64,000 bases of DNA, from the NCBI GenBank assembly GCA_963555985.3, contig OY820591.1, positions 1,536,001-1,600,000 on the forward strand, given 5' to 3'. Within the stretch, counting starts at the first letter, position 1. Each line of letters starts with the position of its first letter. Of the stretch, positions 9,299 to 19,559 are shown in pieces. The notes beneath the pieces are model-generated. The model worked only from the letters and a program-made list of their open reading frames with translations. It had not been told where the DNA came from and made no database searches. The DNA comes from Dehalococcoidia bacterium. Lineage in GTDB: Bacteria > Chloroflexota > Dehalococcoidia > Bin125. The position numbers and the translations under genes were made by a program.

Positions 9299-10254
9299 CG
9301 AGACCCGCCTTCAGCCGCCAGTTGGAGCGCAGCCTCAATCGTCGCCTCGGCAAGGCTGCGCTTCGCCGAAATGTCCGTCATCAGCGTAGGCAGAGCAATG
9401 CAGTGAAGCTCCGTCTCATCCATGACCTGCGTCACGATCGCCGCGTCTTCCTGATCCAGAATGAAGAGCTCGGCGAGACCGTCGTACAGCCGCGCAACCC
9501 CGAGCGCCGACACGTCATGCTCGAGCGAGCGCAGAATATCCGCCGCCGGCCCCTTCACCGCCGCCCCGCCGATAATCGGGCTGATCGCAACCACCGGCGC
9601 CGCCGCATCCAGAATCGCCCCGCGAAGACCCGGCACCGCCAGCAGTGGCTCAATGCTCAGGAACGGGTTGCTCGGCGCAATCACAATCACGTCCGCGTTG
9701 CCAATCGCCTCAAGCACGCCAGGAGCCGGACGCGACTCCGCTGCCCCACTGAAGCGCAGGCTGCGCACCGCATCCGCCGCCCGTCGCCGCACAAAGTAAT
9801 CTTGAAACGCGAGTTCCCCTTCGTCGGTCTGCACCACGGTGCGCAAGCGATCATTCGTCACCGGCGTAATCCGCACGTCAATGCCCAGATTCGCAGCGAG
9901 ATCGGCGCTGATCTCCGAGAGCGCATCGCCATCCTGCAAGCGCTGAGTGCGGTAGAGATGAGTCGCCAAATCAAGATCGCCAATCATGAACCAGTCAGGG
10001 CCGCCCAACTCGCTCAGCCGATCAAGCGTGCGCCGGCTCTCGCCCACCAGACCCCACCCCGTCTCGGGGTTCACCAGCCCGGCCAACGTGTACGTGACCG
10101 TGTCCAGATCAGGCGAGATATGCAGCCCAGCCCATTCCATATCGTCGCCGACGTTGACAATCGCCGTCACATCGGCCGGATCCAGCACCGCGATCAGCCC
10201 ATCCAGGAATCGGGCCGCGCCCACCCCGCCCGCAAGCACCGCCGCACGGGTCAT
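9295..10254 (-). CDS. cofD: 2-phospho-L-lactate transferase (F420 biosynthesis)
   Basis: LAGGVGAARF, NVGDD, SPDLDT, GDLDLATH, FQDYFV, PSNPFLSI, KGPA. Confidence 0.95.
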   Translation of the reverse strand: MTRAAVLAGGVGAARFLDGLIAVLDPADVTAIVNVGDDMEWAGLHISPDLDTVTYTLAGLVNPETGWGLVGESRRTLDRLSELGGPDWFMIGDLDLATHLYRTQRLQDGDALSEISADLAANLGIDVRITPVTNDRLRTVVQTDEGELAFQDYFVRRRAADAVRSLRFSGAAESRPAPGVLEAIGNADVIVIAPSNPFLSIEPLLAVPGLRGAILDAAAPVVAISPIIGGAAVKGPAADILRSLEHDVSALGVARLYDGLAELFILDQEDAAIVTQVMDETELHCIALPTLMTDISAKRSLAEATIEAALQLAAEGGSR

Positions 10255-10607
10255 CCTGCTGCCTCCGCTCGCAAAAGCGCCCGATCCACACTGAGCGTCA
10301 GTCTGTATTCACCGTCTTCAGCTTGTTCCGCCTGGATCTCCACTGAATCAGCGCCCAGTTGCAGCGCCAATGGTTCCAGCTCATCCACATCAGCCGGAGT
10401 CTCCAACAAGATCGCCGCGCTCGCCTCATCCTCCAGCAGAATCAGCTCCGCCTCATCAACCCGGCCCTCCCTGCTCAGCACCAGCCGCAGCATCGCCTCC
10501 AGCGGCCGCTCCTGATGCTCGCCGACCAGTTCCAGGTACCGCCGCCCGTCGAGCTGACGCTCGTCTTCCGCCGCTGCGGCGACCAATTCGATCGTTTCAC
10601 GATTCAT
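10251..10607 (-). CDS. Acidic hypothetical protein, coupled to cofD
   Basis: 4-bp overlap with cofD start; genome-like codon usage. Confidence 0.65.
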   Translation of the reverse strand: MNRETIELVAAAAEDERQLDGRRYLELVGEHQERPLEAMLRLVLSREGRVDEAELILLEDEASAAILLETPADVDELEPLALQLGADSVEIQAEQAEDGEYRLTLSVDRALLRAEAAG

Positions 10608-10702
10608 ACCGGCGCTGGCCACGCAGTGAGCCTACAACCCCGTCGCACAACACCCATCCGCGATGGTTGACCAACAGCCTCCCGAGCGTGACGCTGCCAC
10701 TG

Positions 10703-11296
10703 ATGCTGATCGACATGCACACCCACACCTCTGTCTACTCGACGGATAGCAACTTGCTCCCGCACGAAGCAATCGAGCGAGCCGCCGAGCGCGGCTTCGA
10801 CGCGGTCGTGCTCACCGAGCACGACGTCGTCTGGCCGCTCGAACGAACCCAGCATCTATCAGAACAGAGCGGCATTCTGGTCCTCCCGGGCGTCGAAGTA
10901 ACCACCGAACTCGGTCACGTGCTCGTCTACGGCCTGCCCGCCCTCGTACCCCGAATCTCCGACGCACGCCGCCTGCGCAAACTCTGCGACGAGCAGGAAG
11001 CCCTGATGTTCCTCGCCCATCCCGCCCGCGATCCCGGCCTCCGCGTCCCCCGCGACGCGATGGTCCTGTTCGACGGCGTAGAAGGACTCAACGGCTGCGA
11101 CGGCCCCCTGCAAAACCAGAGTGCATCCTCCCGCGGACGAACCAGACCGCTCCCCCCAATCGGCGGCAGCGACTCGCACGCCCTCCACGAAGTCGGCACA
11201 GCCGGCACCGACTTCGAAGCCGAGATCCGAACAGTCGCCGATCTCCTAGCCGCCCTCCGCTCAGGCAACTATCGCCCCGCCGCCCAGCCCTACTAA
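10703..11296 (+). CDS. PHP-domain metallohydrolase
   Basis: IDMHTHT, LTEHD, PGVEVTT..GH, AHP, GGSDSH. Confidence 0.9.
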   Translation: MLIDMHTHTSVYSTDSNLLPHEAIERAAERGFDAVVLTEHDVVWPLERTQHLSEQSGILVLPGVEVTTELGHVLVYGLPALVPRISDARRLRKLCDEQEALMFLAHPARDPGLRVPRDAMVLFDGVEGLNGCDGPLQNQSASSRGRTRPLPPIGGSDSHALHEVGTAGTDFEAEIRTVADLLAALRSGNYRPAAQPY

Positions 11297-11325
11297 ACCG
11301 CAGGATGCCGCCCTTGGGAGGCCCA

Positions 11326-12009
11326 ATGGCAGAGAGCCGCAGCATGAGTTGGAACCCCGTCGAGGATGTCTGCGCCGGTTGCGGCCAACGCACCGCGCCG
11401 CCAAGAATCGCCTGCGCAAATTGCGGCTGCATCCGCGCCGACCGCTCCGGCGCCTACTATCTCGCCCCGCGCCTGAGACGGCTCGCCGCATACATCATGG
11501 ACATCGCAGCGCTAGGGATCGTCGGCTTCGTCGCAAGCGCCTTGCTAGGCGATTGGGTTGATTCAGACGAGGGCGCGCCGATGCTGGAAACGACCGAGCT
11601 GGACGGTTTGCTCAGCGGCATAATTGCGCTGGCCGTTGCCGTTGCCCTCTGGTCGTTCACCCTGCGCCGGGGCCAATCGCCCGGGATGCGGCTGATGAAC
11701 GTGCATGTCCGCCGGCTAGAAGGGGCGATTCCAGCCCCAGGCAGATTCCTGGTGCGCGATCTCTGGCCGATCGCGGTCGGTCTGGCAATCTCGCTGATCG
11801 CGCTACTCACCAGCGACGCAGCCAATTCCACCTTAGGCTGGGTCACCTATGCAGTATTCGCGGTACAGCTGGTGAGCGCAGCCTGGGTCCTGTGGGAGCG
11901 CGATCGGCGGGCATTGCACGACATGGTGTTCGATACCGTGGTGGTCGAAGAGCGCCGGCGACCGCTCTACGACCGGCTCGGCCGGACTCCGGATCAGACA
12001 GGAGACTAA
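11326..12009 (+). CDS. RDD-family membrane protein with N-terminal Zn ribbon
   Basis: CAGC/CANC; RRLAAYIMD, GQSPG, RRALHD; RBS GGGAGG. Confidence 0.85.
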   Translation: MAESRSMSWNPVEDVCAGCGQRTAPPRIACANCGCIRADRSGAYYLAPRLRRLAAYIMDIAALGIVGFVASALLGDWVDSDEGAPMLETTELDGLLSGIIALAVAVALWSFTLRRGQSPGMRLMNVHVRRLEGAIPAPGRFLVRDLWPIAVGLAISLIALLTSDAANSTLGWVTYAVFAVQLVSAAWVLWERDRRALHDMVFDTVVVEERRRPLYDRLGRTPDQTGD

Positions 12010-12048
12010 GCGCGGCAGAACAGCGCAAATTGCGCGATGCTGCGCGGC

Positions 12049-12795
12049 ATGACCCAATCGCTGCGTTCGCAAGAGTGCCCCGCCTGCGGCGAATACCCCG
12101 GCGTCGGCGTCTTCTGCGACGCCTGCGGCGTCCTCAGCTCGCACCCAGAGTCCGGCGACTACGCCGCTCCCTACCTACGCAGGCTCTGGGGCGAGCTACT
12201 CGACCTTGGCCTCTTCCTGCTCCTACCGCTCTGGCTCGCCTGGATGTGGCGCTCCGCCAACGACGGACAGTCTCCAGCCAAATCGCTCCTGAACATGTAC
12301 GTGATCCACGAGTCGGGACAGCCGATCACGCCCCAGCGAATGTGGGTCAGAGAACTGGTCATCAAGCGACTCGCGCTCGGCCTGATCGGTTACGCCCTCA
12401 GCCTCTTAGGGCCGATCATCAACGCCGGCTGGATCCTGCTCAACCCGGATCGCCAGTGCATTCACGACCGCGTCGTCGGCACCCTCGTCGTGGTCCGGCG
12501 CGAAGTCCCCGCGCAGGTCAAATCGCCTAGCGAAGAGAGCGCTCCCGCGACCGTGCGAATGCCGCCGCCCGCGCCCCACGGCCCGCCTATACCAACACCG
12601 AACCGTCCGCCTCCGCCGGCCGTAGCAATCAGCCAACCCAATCCGCCAACCGCACAGCCCGTAAGCGCGCCCTCGTCTCCCGAGTTGGACGCGCTGGAGC
12701 GCGAACGCGGGTCGCTCTCACAGACGGAGTACGAACGCCGCCGCCGCGCCATCCTTCGGCGGCTGGAGGAAGACCCGGCCGCCGAGACCGATTAG
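12049..12795 (+). CDS. RDD-family membrane protein with Zn ribbon, Pro-rich linker and SHOCT-like tail
   Basis: CPAC/CDAC; RRL..ELLD, GQSPAK, RQCIHD; C-terminal GSLSQTEYERRR. Confidence 0.85.
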   Translation: MTQSLRSQECPACGEYPGVGVFCDACGVLSSHPESGDYAAPYLRRLWGELLDLGLFLLLPLWLAWMWRSANDGQSPAKSLLNMYVIHESGQPITPQRMWVRELVIKRLALGLIGYALSLLGPIINAGWILLNPDRQCIHDRVVGTLVVVRREVPAQVKSPSEESAPATVRMPPPAPHGPPIPTPNRPPPPAVAISQPNPPTAQPVSAPSSPELDALERERGSLSQTEYERRRRAILRRLEEDPAAETD

Positions 12796-15707
12796 CTGCA
12801 ACCGCTGGTCGCCCCGCAGTTCAGACAGCGGAAGCACGAGCCGCTGCGCACCATGATCGACCCGCACTCGGAACAAGGCGGCGCATCAAGCTGGTTCTGG
12901 AAGCCGCTCTCCGCGCCTACCGAGTACTGCTGCGCCGCTGGTTCGGCCACCGCCTGCGAGGCTCGTGCGGGTGTGCCTGACATCACCGGCGAGGGGCCTG
13001 CATCTTCGTCGGCGAGCTTGATCTCCTCCGCGATCGGCATCCGCGCCTGACCGGCAGTCACATCCGCCTGCTCGCTATCGAGATAGCGCTTGCCCATCCA
13101 GCGGAAGACATAGTCGAGGATCGAGTCTGCCTGAGGAATGTCCTTGTTGCGCGTCCAACCGCTCGGCTCGAAGCGCATGTGGCGGAACTTCTTCACCAGC
13201 GTCGAGAGCGGCACACCCGACTGGAGCGCCACCGAGGTCAACGTCCCCACCGCGTCCATCAGTCCCGAAACGGCGGAACCCTCCTTCGAGATATGCACGA
13301 AGACCTCACCTGGGCTGCCGTCGGCGAACTCACCGATCGTCATGTAGCCCTCGTGCTCCCCGATCGTGAACTTGTGCGTGATCGCGGAACGCTCGTCCGG
13401 CAGCCGGTGCCGGCGGTACGCCGGCGGCGATTCCGCATCGTCAATCACCAGCGGCTGATCGGTCGGCGAGGACGGCCCCGCCTGGACCACCTGCACTGAG
13501 GCCTCGACCTCTTCACCGACCTTCGCTCCGTCAACGCGGCGGCCCGTTTCGAGCGGCTGAATCCGCTTCGAATTGTCGCGGTAGATCGCCACCGCCTTCA
13601 CGCCCAGCTTCCAGGACGCGATGTAGGTGTCCATGATCTCCTCAACCGTCGCCTCCTCCGGCACGTTCACGGTCTTGGAGACAGCCCCCGACAGGAACGG
13701 CTGCACCGCGCCCAGCATCCGCACATGCCCCAGCGGAGCGATGCTGCGATCGCCGTTCGCCGACTTGAACGCGCAATCGAAGATCGGCAGGTGCTCTGCG
13801 AACAGATCCTCCGCGCCCTCGATCGTGCCTTCCCGGTCGATGTGAGAGACGATCCGCTCAATCGCCGCATCGTCATACCCCAACCGCGTCAGCGCCGCCG
13901 GAACCGTGCGGTTGACGATCTTGAGATAGCCCCCGCCCGAGAGATTCTTGTACTTGACCAGCGCGATGTCCGGCTCCACGCCCGTCGTGTCGCAGTCCAT
14001 CATGAACGCAATCGTGCCGGTCGGCGCGAGCAGGCTCGCCTGCGCATTGCGGTAGCCGTGCAACTCACCCAGACGAATCGCCTGCTCCCAAACCTCGGTC
14101 GCGGCCTGCCGGATCGGGTCCGGCACGCTGTCCAGTCCGTCAATCCGGTCGACCGCTGCGCGATGCTTGCGCATCACGCGCAGGAACGGCGAACGATTCT
14201 CCGCGTATCCGTCGAACGCGCCGATCCGCTCTGCAATCCGCGCCGACTGCAAGTACCCCTCGCCGGTCATCAGCGCCGTCACGGCCGCGGCAAGCGCCCG
14301 CCCCGCCGCAGAGTCATAGGGAAGCCCGCGCGCCATCAACAGCGCGCCCAGGTTCGTGTAGCCCAGACCGAGCGGACGGAACCGCTCAGAGTTCTCGGCG
14401 ATCAACTCCGACGGATAGGAAGCGTTGGAGACGATGATCTCCTGCGCCGTGATCATCACCCGGCAGGCATGGCCGTACGACTCCACGTCGAACGTGTGCG
14501 TCTCCAGGTCATAGAACTTGAGCAGGTTCAGCGATGCGAGATTGCAGGCCGAGTCGTCCAGGAACATGTACTCCGAGCACGGATTCGAGGCGTAGATGCG
14601 GTCCGTCCCGCTGCACGTGTGCCAGTCGTTGATCACGCCGTCGAACTGCATCCCCGGATCGCCGCACTGGTGCGTCGCCTGCGCAATCGCGCGCAGAATC
14701 TCCCGAGCCGGAATCCGGTCGACTGGTTCGCCGCTGGTCACCATCCGCGTCACCCACGGCTGATCCGCTTCCACCGCCTGCATGAACTGGTCCGACACGC
14801 GCACCGAGTGATTGGCGTTCTGGAACGAGACCGACGAGTACGCCTCACCGTTCAGCGCCCCGTCATAGCCCGCGTCGATCAACGCCCACGCCTTGCGCTC
14901 CTCGTCCGCCTTGCTGTTGATGAACTCGAGCACGTCCGGGTGGTCGTCATTGAGGATGATCATCTTCGCCGCGCGGCGCGTCTTGCCGCCCGACTTGATC
15001 ACGTTGGCGAAGGCGTCGTACCCGCGCATGAACGAGACCGGGCCGGAAGCCATCCCGCCCCCTGCGAGCGACTCCTTGCTCGAACGCAGCGTGGACAGAT
15101 TCGAGCCGGTCCCGCTGCCCCACTTGAACAGCAGCGCCTCGCGCCGCGCCAAGTCCATGATCGACTCCATCGTGTCCTCGACCGAGTTGATGAAGCAGGC
15201 CGAGCACTGCGGCTTGGCCTCCACCCCCACGTTGAACCAGACCGGGCTGTTGAACGCCGCGTACTGGTGGATCAGCAGGAAGCGCAACTCGTTCGCAAAG
15301 GCCGAGGACGCCGCCGCATCTGTGAAATAACCGCCCTCGCGCCCCCACTGTGTGATCGTCTCCACCACCCGGTCGACCAGCGTCTTCATCGAAGTCTCGC
15401 GCTCGGGCGAGTCCATCCCGCCCCAGAAATACTTCGACGCGACGATGTTGGTCGCCGTCTGCGACCAGAATGAAGGCGTCTCGACATCCTCCTGCTCGAA
15501 GATGATGTCTCCGTTGTCCGCCGTGATCGCCGCAGTCCGGTACGTCCACTCGATCTGCGCATAGACGTCTTCCCCAGGCTGGGTGAAGTGGCGCGGGATC
15601 AATGGTTCGCGCATGGCGCGGCCGGCAGGCAAGGGAGCACTCGCCGCCTCAGCCGGCGCTGCGTCGGCGATGGTCGATTCGTCGTGGCTCTCGATTGGCG
15701 ACGACAT
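12792..15707 (-). CDS. nrdJ: Adenosylcobalamin-dependent (class II) ribonucleotide reductase
   Basis: NSPVWFN, CSACFI, KSGGKTRRAA, NPCSEY, APTGTI; TSCPD-like region and C-terminal CxxC..CxxCG..SGCS. Confidence 0.95.
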   Translation of the reverse strand: MSSPIESHDESTIADAAPAEAASAPLPAGRAMREPLIPRHFTQPGEDVYAQIEWTYRTAAITADNGDIIFEQEDVETPSFWSQTATNIVASKYFWGGMDSPERETSMKTLVDRVVETITQWGREGGYFTDAAASSAFANELRFLLIHQYAAFNSPVWFNVGVEAKPQCSACFINSVEDTMESIMDLARREALLFKWGSGTGSNLSTLRSSKESLAGGGMASGPVSFMRGYDAFANVIKSGGKTRRAAKMIILNDDHPDVLEFINSKADEERKAWALIDAGYDGALNGEAYSSVSFQNANHSVRVSDQFMQAVEADQPWVTRMVTSGEPVDRIPAREILRAIAQATHQCGDPGMQFDGVINDWHTCSGTDRIYASNPCSEYMFLDDSACNLASLNLLKFYDLETHTFDVESYGHACRVMITAQEIIVSNASYPSELIAENSERFRPLGLGYTNLGALLMARGLPYDSAAGRALAAAVTALMTGEGYLQSARIAERIGAFDGYAENRSPFLRVMRKHRAAVDRIDGLDSVPDPIRQAATEVWEQAIRLGELHGYRNAQASLLAPTGTIAFMMDCDTTGVEPDIALVKYKNLSGGGYLKIVNRTVPAALTRLGYDDAAIERIVSHIDREGTIEGAEDLFAEHLPIFDCAFKSANGDRSIAPLGHVRMLGAVQPFLSGAVSKTVNVPEEATVEEIMDTYIASWKLGVKAVAIYRDNSKRIQPLETGRRVDGAKVGEEVEASVQVVQAGPSSPTDQPLVIDDAESPPAYRRHRLPDERSAITHKFTIGEHEGYMTIGEFADGSPGEVFVHISKEGSAVSGLMDAVGTLTSVALQSGVPLSTLVKKFRHMRFEPSGWTRNKDIPQADSILDYVFRWMGKRYLDSEQADVTAGQARMPIAEEIKLADEDAGPSPVMSGTPARASQAVAEPAAQQYSVGAESGFQNQLDAPPCSECGSIMVRSGSCFRCLNCGATSGCS

Positions 15708-15992
15708 CTGTCATTCCTCCCTCACTCATTTCGACGGAGCATCGCGCACGGGCGGACACTAGGGAGCGCACCGCCAAGAGGCGCAATGTCTAGGCGATCC
15801 ATTGTGGAGCTTTGGCGCGCACTCTCTCTACATCCCGGCTGGCAGTGATGCAGAGTTGCTTCCCTTATGACAATACCGAGCGCTTGCATAGGCACGTGAT
15901 CATTTCCCTCTCGGAATGTCCGTTCGGTCAGTAAGTCCAGATTACCACCCGCAGTTAGACTTGGCACCAACGCAGAAGCGGAAGGTGCAGCT

Positions 15993-17051
15993 TTGGACGC
16001 TCCGATCCATCTCCCCCTGTTTCCCACAGGCATCGGCTCAACTCGTCACCGAGACGCGACGACAGCGGTCCCCGAAGTACTCGACGGCTACTGGCGCATG
16101 CCCTTTTGGCCCCAGCTGCCCAATCGGGTAGCCGAAGAAGCAATGCTGCCCCAGGCCGGTCTCGGACTGCCCGGAGCTTCCTGGGATGGGCATTATGTGA
16201 ACTGGTCGGGAAGCCTCTCGGACCAGGACATCCAGGCCGCAGCCCTCCCGCCCGCCGAGCGCGCCGCCGGTCTGCACGAACTGCTCGCCCGCTTGCCAAA
16301 TATCCCCGAAGAACGCAAGTCCAAAGTCGTGAAAGGCCAGATCGTCGGCCCAATCACCCTCGCCCGCTGGAGCCGAGGAGCCGACGGACGCGCCCCATTC
16401 GAGGATCTCAAGGGTCTCGAACGACTCGCCGCTTGGCTCGGACAAGCCGCCATGCGCCAGGCCCAGGCCCTCCAACGCCTCGGTTACCAGGTCGTCTTGA
16501 TGTTCGACGAACCCGAACTCGCCGCCGTCGGCGAACCCGCCCTCCCGCTCCGCTGGCGCGAGGTCACTCCCGTCCTCCGGGCCGCGCTCGAACCGGTGCA
16601 GCGTGTCGGCGCGCTCGCCGGCATCCACTGTTGCGCCTCGCCCAACTGGACGCGCATCCTCGACTCGCGCCCCAACCTGATCCACTTCGACGGACGCGAA
16701 GGACACGTAGACGACGCAATCGCTCACCGCACCGCCATCCGCGAACACGTCGCCCGCGGCGGCTACCTCGGCTGGGGTCTCTGGCCCACCGATGGCTCGT
16801 CAACAGACTTCGACTCGCGCGAGATGCAGTACTTCCTCGCCCGCGCCGCGCGCGAACTCTCTTTCGTTGACGCCAGCGTCGGCCTGATCTTCAAGCGCTC
16901 AATCCTCACCGGAGTCTGCGGAGGCGCCGGCCTGTCCGCCGAGCTCGAACAGCGAGTAGCCCAGGACCTGGAAGACCTCTCAATGGGCATCCGCCGCCGC
17001 TACTGGATCGCCGCCACCACCGACGTAGACCCCGACAACCCCCTCACCTGA
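15993..17051 (+). CDS. Single-barrel MetE/URO-D-like Zn protein
   Basis: TGIGS, PFWPQLP, KGQIVGPIT, FDEP, HCC and a C-terminal CG. Confidence 0.75.
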   Translation: MDAPIHLPLFPTGIGSTRHRDATTAVPEVLDGYWRMPFWPQLPNRVAEEAMLPQAGLGLPGASWDGHYVNWSGSLSDQDIQAAALPPAERAAGLHELLARLPNIPEERKSKVVKGQIVGPITLARWSRGADGRAPFEDLKGLERLAAWLGQAAMRQAQALQRLGYQVVLMFDEPELAAVGEPALPLRWREVTPVLRAALEPVQRVGALAGIHCCASPNWTRILDSRPNLIHFDGREGHVDDAIAHRTAIREHVARGGYLGWGLWPTDGSSTDFDSREMQYFLARAARELSFVDASVGLIFKRSILTGVCGGAGLSAELEQRVAQDLEDLSMGIRRRYWIAATTDVDPDNPLT

Positions 17052-17117
17052 GCTTGCCCCGCCGCTCCCGTATTCTTCGTTCCCCGCGAACGGAGCCCTT
17101 TGCCTAAACCAAAGATC

Positions 17118-17144
17118 GTCATACCCGCGCTTGTCGCGGGTATC
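17118..17144. repeat. REP-like palindrome
   Basis: gtc-atacccgcg-cttgt-cgcgggtat-c. Confidence 0.7.
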
Positions 17145-17289
17145 TCGCCGTGATCTGCACCGTCGTCGCTCACACGGCGAGATTGCCGTGGCGGACGCAC
17201 CCCTAAGCCCCTCACAGAAGAGAAATCGAGAACATCAAAATCGCACTGTGCCCCCCGCAACACTCTCCCCGCTCCACCCTACCGCCACA

Positions 17290-17310
17290 GAACTCTCGTT
17301 CATATATAGT
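17290..17310 (+). promoter_or_regulatory. LexA-like box with adjacent -10 element
   Basis: GAAC-TCTC-GTTC (17290-17301) then TATAGT (17305-17310). Confidence 0.55.
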
Positions 17311-17370
17311 CGTCCTCGCCCGATTACCCGCCCCCAACCAATGGAACCCGCCATGACCCTCACAACCCGT

Positions 17371-17470
17371 CTGGACAAAGCAGGACAAACCCAGACGCAC
17401 ACCCCAATTCCGCTCCAAACACTCCCGCAATCCGGACGAATCGGGACAAATCTGGACTTTTCCGGACTAC
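17371..17470. repeat. Degenerate 10-bp tandem repeats
   Basis: ctggacaaag/caggacaaac/ccagac; tccggacgaa/tcgggacaaa/tctggacttt/tccggactac. Confidence 0.7.
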
Positions 17471-17581
17471 CCCCCACCCAATTTCCCCATCCTCAGCCGC
17501 AAATTCGCCGCCCCGCCCGGAAATTCACACGACATCCCCGACCAACCCATGCCGTACAGACTTCGTCGCTCCGAACAGACC

Positions 17582-18601
17582 CTAATCCGGTCGGTATCGC
17601 TCAAGGAATTCAAGCAGCAGGCGGTTCACGTCCTCAGGGCACTCCTGCTGCACCCAGTGCCCGCAATCCGGCAGGTAGAGAATCTCGAAGGGACCGCTGA
17701 ACAGCCGATCCATCCCCTCCGTCAGCTCCTTGCCGAGCGCCGTATCCCGCTCGCCCCAGATCAGCAACGTCGGCGAAGCGATCTTCGGAAAGACACGCTC
17801 CTCTACCCCGTCGGGGCGGTTCCCCGGCCCGAAGAGGCGCTCCAAGGCAGGATCGAGCGCCGCCAACGTCTTGCGCAGACGAGATTGCGATTCGCGCGCG
17901 CCCGCTCGCACCGCCGCGCGGTAGTAGTTGATCGCCCCGGTCAGCGCCCCGGGCCGCGAGGCCGCCTGCCGATAGCGCTGCAACACCTCTGGCGGGAACG
18001 CCTCCGGATGCGCCGCCGTGTCCCGAAAAATCAGGCCGATCCGCTCGTACTCGTTCACTGCCAACCAGCGCTCCGGGAAACGTGGAATCTGAAAGACGAA
18101 CATGTACCAGGAACGCCCAATCTGTCGGAAATTGGGGCGTCCCCCGAACGCCTCCGCCATCCGCTCAGGATGCGGCGCGTTCAGCACCGCCAACCGCTCC
18201 GTCAGCTCGGGATAGTCCATCCCAAACTGCCACGCCACCGCACCGCCCCAGTCGTGACCAACGATCACGGCCCGCTCGTGCCCATGGTGCGCGATCAGCT
18301 GAGCCACATCCTCCGTCAGCAGCTCGATCGCATAGTCCTCAATCAGCGATGGTTTGTCCGAGAGGTTGTAGCCGCGAAGATCAGGCGCGACCACGTGGTA
18401 ACCGGCCGCGACCAGCGCCGGAATTTGCAAGCGCCATGACCACCAAAACTCCGGGAATCCGTGCAGCAAGACAACCAGTGGAGCTGCTTCAGCCGCTTCG
18501 GGCCGCTGCTCAACGTAGTGCAGCCGCACCCCGCCCGCGCCATCCGCGAAGCCGTGCGACCACAAGCCCGCGGGTTCATCAGCAACCGATGGATCACTCA
18601 T
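17582..18601 (-). CDS. Alpha/beta hydrolase (epoxide hydrolase-like)
   Basis: HGFPE, DLRGYN, GHDWGG, NYYR, CGHWVQQE; start overlaps upstream stop. Confidence 0.92.
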   Translation of the reverse strand: MSDPSVADEPAGLWSHGFADGAGGVRLHYVEQRPEAAEAAPLVVLLHGFPEFWWSWRLQIPALVAAGYHVVAPDLRGYNLSDKPSLIEDYAIELLTEDVAQLIAHHGHERAVIVGHDWGGAVAWQFGMDYPELTERLAVLNAPHPERMAEAFGGRPNFRQIGRSWYMFVFQIPRFPERWLAVNEYERIGLIFRDTAAHPEAFPPEVLQRYRQAASRPGALTGAINYYRAAVRAGARESQSRLRKTLAALDPALERLFGPGNRPDGVEERVFPKIASPTLLIWGERDTALGKELTEGMDRLFSGPFEILYLPDCGHWVQQECPEDVNRLLLEFLERYRPD

Positions 18602-19488
18602 ACGCCAGGCTCCGCGCCGCCCGACGACCTGGCTGGCGTAAGGAAGCTCAGCATCGCCGCCGTCACTTCCTCTGGTTTCTCCTGCTGCACCCAATGGCCC
18701 GCACTCTCAATCAGCACCGTACGAAGGTCGTCCACCCGCTCGGCCGCCTCCTCCATGAACGGAACCCGCACAGCCGGATCATCTCTGCCCCAGATGAACT
18801 GAGTCGGGCAGGCGATCCGCTTGTTCCGATCCGGCCAGGTAAGGAACCAGTCCGGCCAGTAGATGTTGCGGTAATACTTCATCGCGCTGGAGAGCGCCCG
18901 CGGCTGCTTCAGCGCCTCCGCGAAGACCGCGATGTCCTCTTCGCTGAAAGCGTCATTGGCGGCGGCAACGCCGGAGAACACCTGGCGCGTCGTCGCCTCG
19001 ATATCGCTCCAACCGCGTCGCTCGGCCAAACCCGGAACCTGCATCACCAGCGCGTACATGTTGTTCGGGTAGTTGCGCCGGCCCCAGTACCAGGAACGAA
19101 TCAAAGGCGCGTTCATCACAATCAAGCGATCGCAAGCCTGCGGATAGTCGATCGGAAATTGGAGCGCGATCACGCCGCCCCAGTCGTGACCGACGACGGT
19201 CGCCGACCGTTCCCCAAGCGCGCGGATCAGACCGCGAACATCCTTGGTCAGGTTCTTGATGTCGTAACCGCCGCGAGGCTTCTCCGAGCGGTTGTAGCCG
19301 CGAAGATCCGGCGCGACAACGCGGAAGCCAGCCTCGGCAAGCGGCGCGATCTGGTATCTCCACGAGTACCAATGCTCGGGAAAGCCGTGCAACAACAGAA
19401 CGAGCGGGCCTTCGCCCTGCTCGACATAGTGCAGACGAACACCGTTCGTCACCGCTTCACCGTGGAGCCAAGTCTCAGGGACGTTCAT
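18598..19488 (-). CDS. Alpha/beta hydrolase (epoxide hydrolase-like), tandem paralog
   Basis: HGFPE, GHDWGG, KYYR, AGHWVQQE. Confidence 0.92.
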   Translation of the reverse strand: MNVPETWLHGEAVTNGVRLHYVEQGEGPLVLLLHGFPEHWYSWRYQIAPLAEAGFRVVAPDLRGYNRSEKPRGGYDIKNLTKDVRGLIRALGERSATVVGHDWGGVIALQFPIDYPQACDRLIVMNAPLIRSWYWGRRNYPNNMYALVMQVPGLAERRGWSDIEATTRQVFSGVAAANDAFSEEDIAVFAEALKQPRALSSAMKYYRNIYWPDWFLTWPDRNKRIACPTQFIWGRDDPAVRVPFMEEAAERVDDLRTVLIESAGHWVQQEKPEEVTAAMLSFLTPARSSGGAEPGV

Positions 19489-19559
19489 CGTGTCGCCGCC
19501 GTCCGTCGTCGAATGTCGGCGGCGGGACAGTCGCCGCCGATGACCGTGCGGTGCATCAG

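Noticed and set aside
13725-15473. Long antisense or alternate-frame ORFs (also 8959..10515, 18082..19716, most of 61757..62932)
   Set aside because: Shadow ORFs expected at high GC opposite well-supported genes.
12792-15707. Intein or intron in nrdJ
   Set aside because: Catalytic motifs are contiguous and the length is explained by the C-terminal domains.
15781-15840. NrdR boxes upstream of nrdJ (CAATGTCTAG, CTACATCCCG)
   Set aside because: Several mismatches and atypical 44-bp spacing; too weak without a matrix search.
15708-15992. Cobalamin riboswitch between nrdJ and the MetE-like gene
   Set aside because: Context is suggestive, but no B12-box or GCCACTG core is recognisable on either strand.
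17371-17470. CRISPR array
   Set aside because: Units are 10 bp, degenerate and lack spacers; no cas genes or CRISPR-like array in the window.
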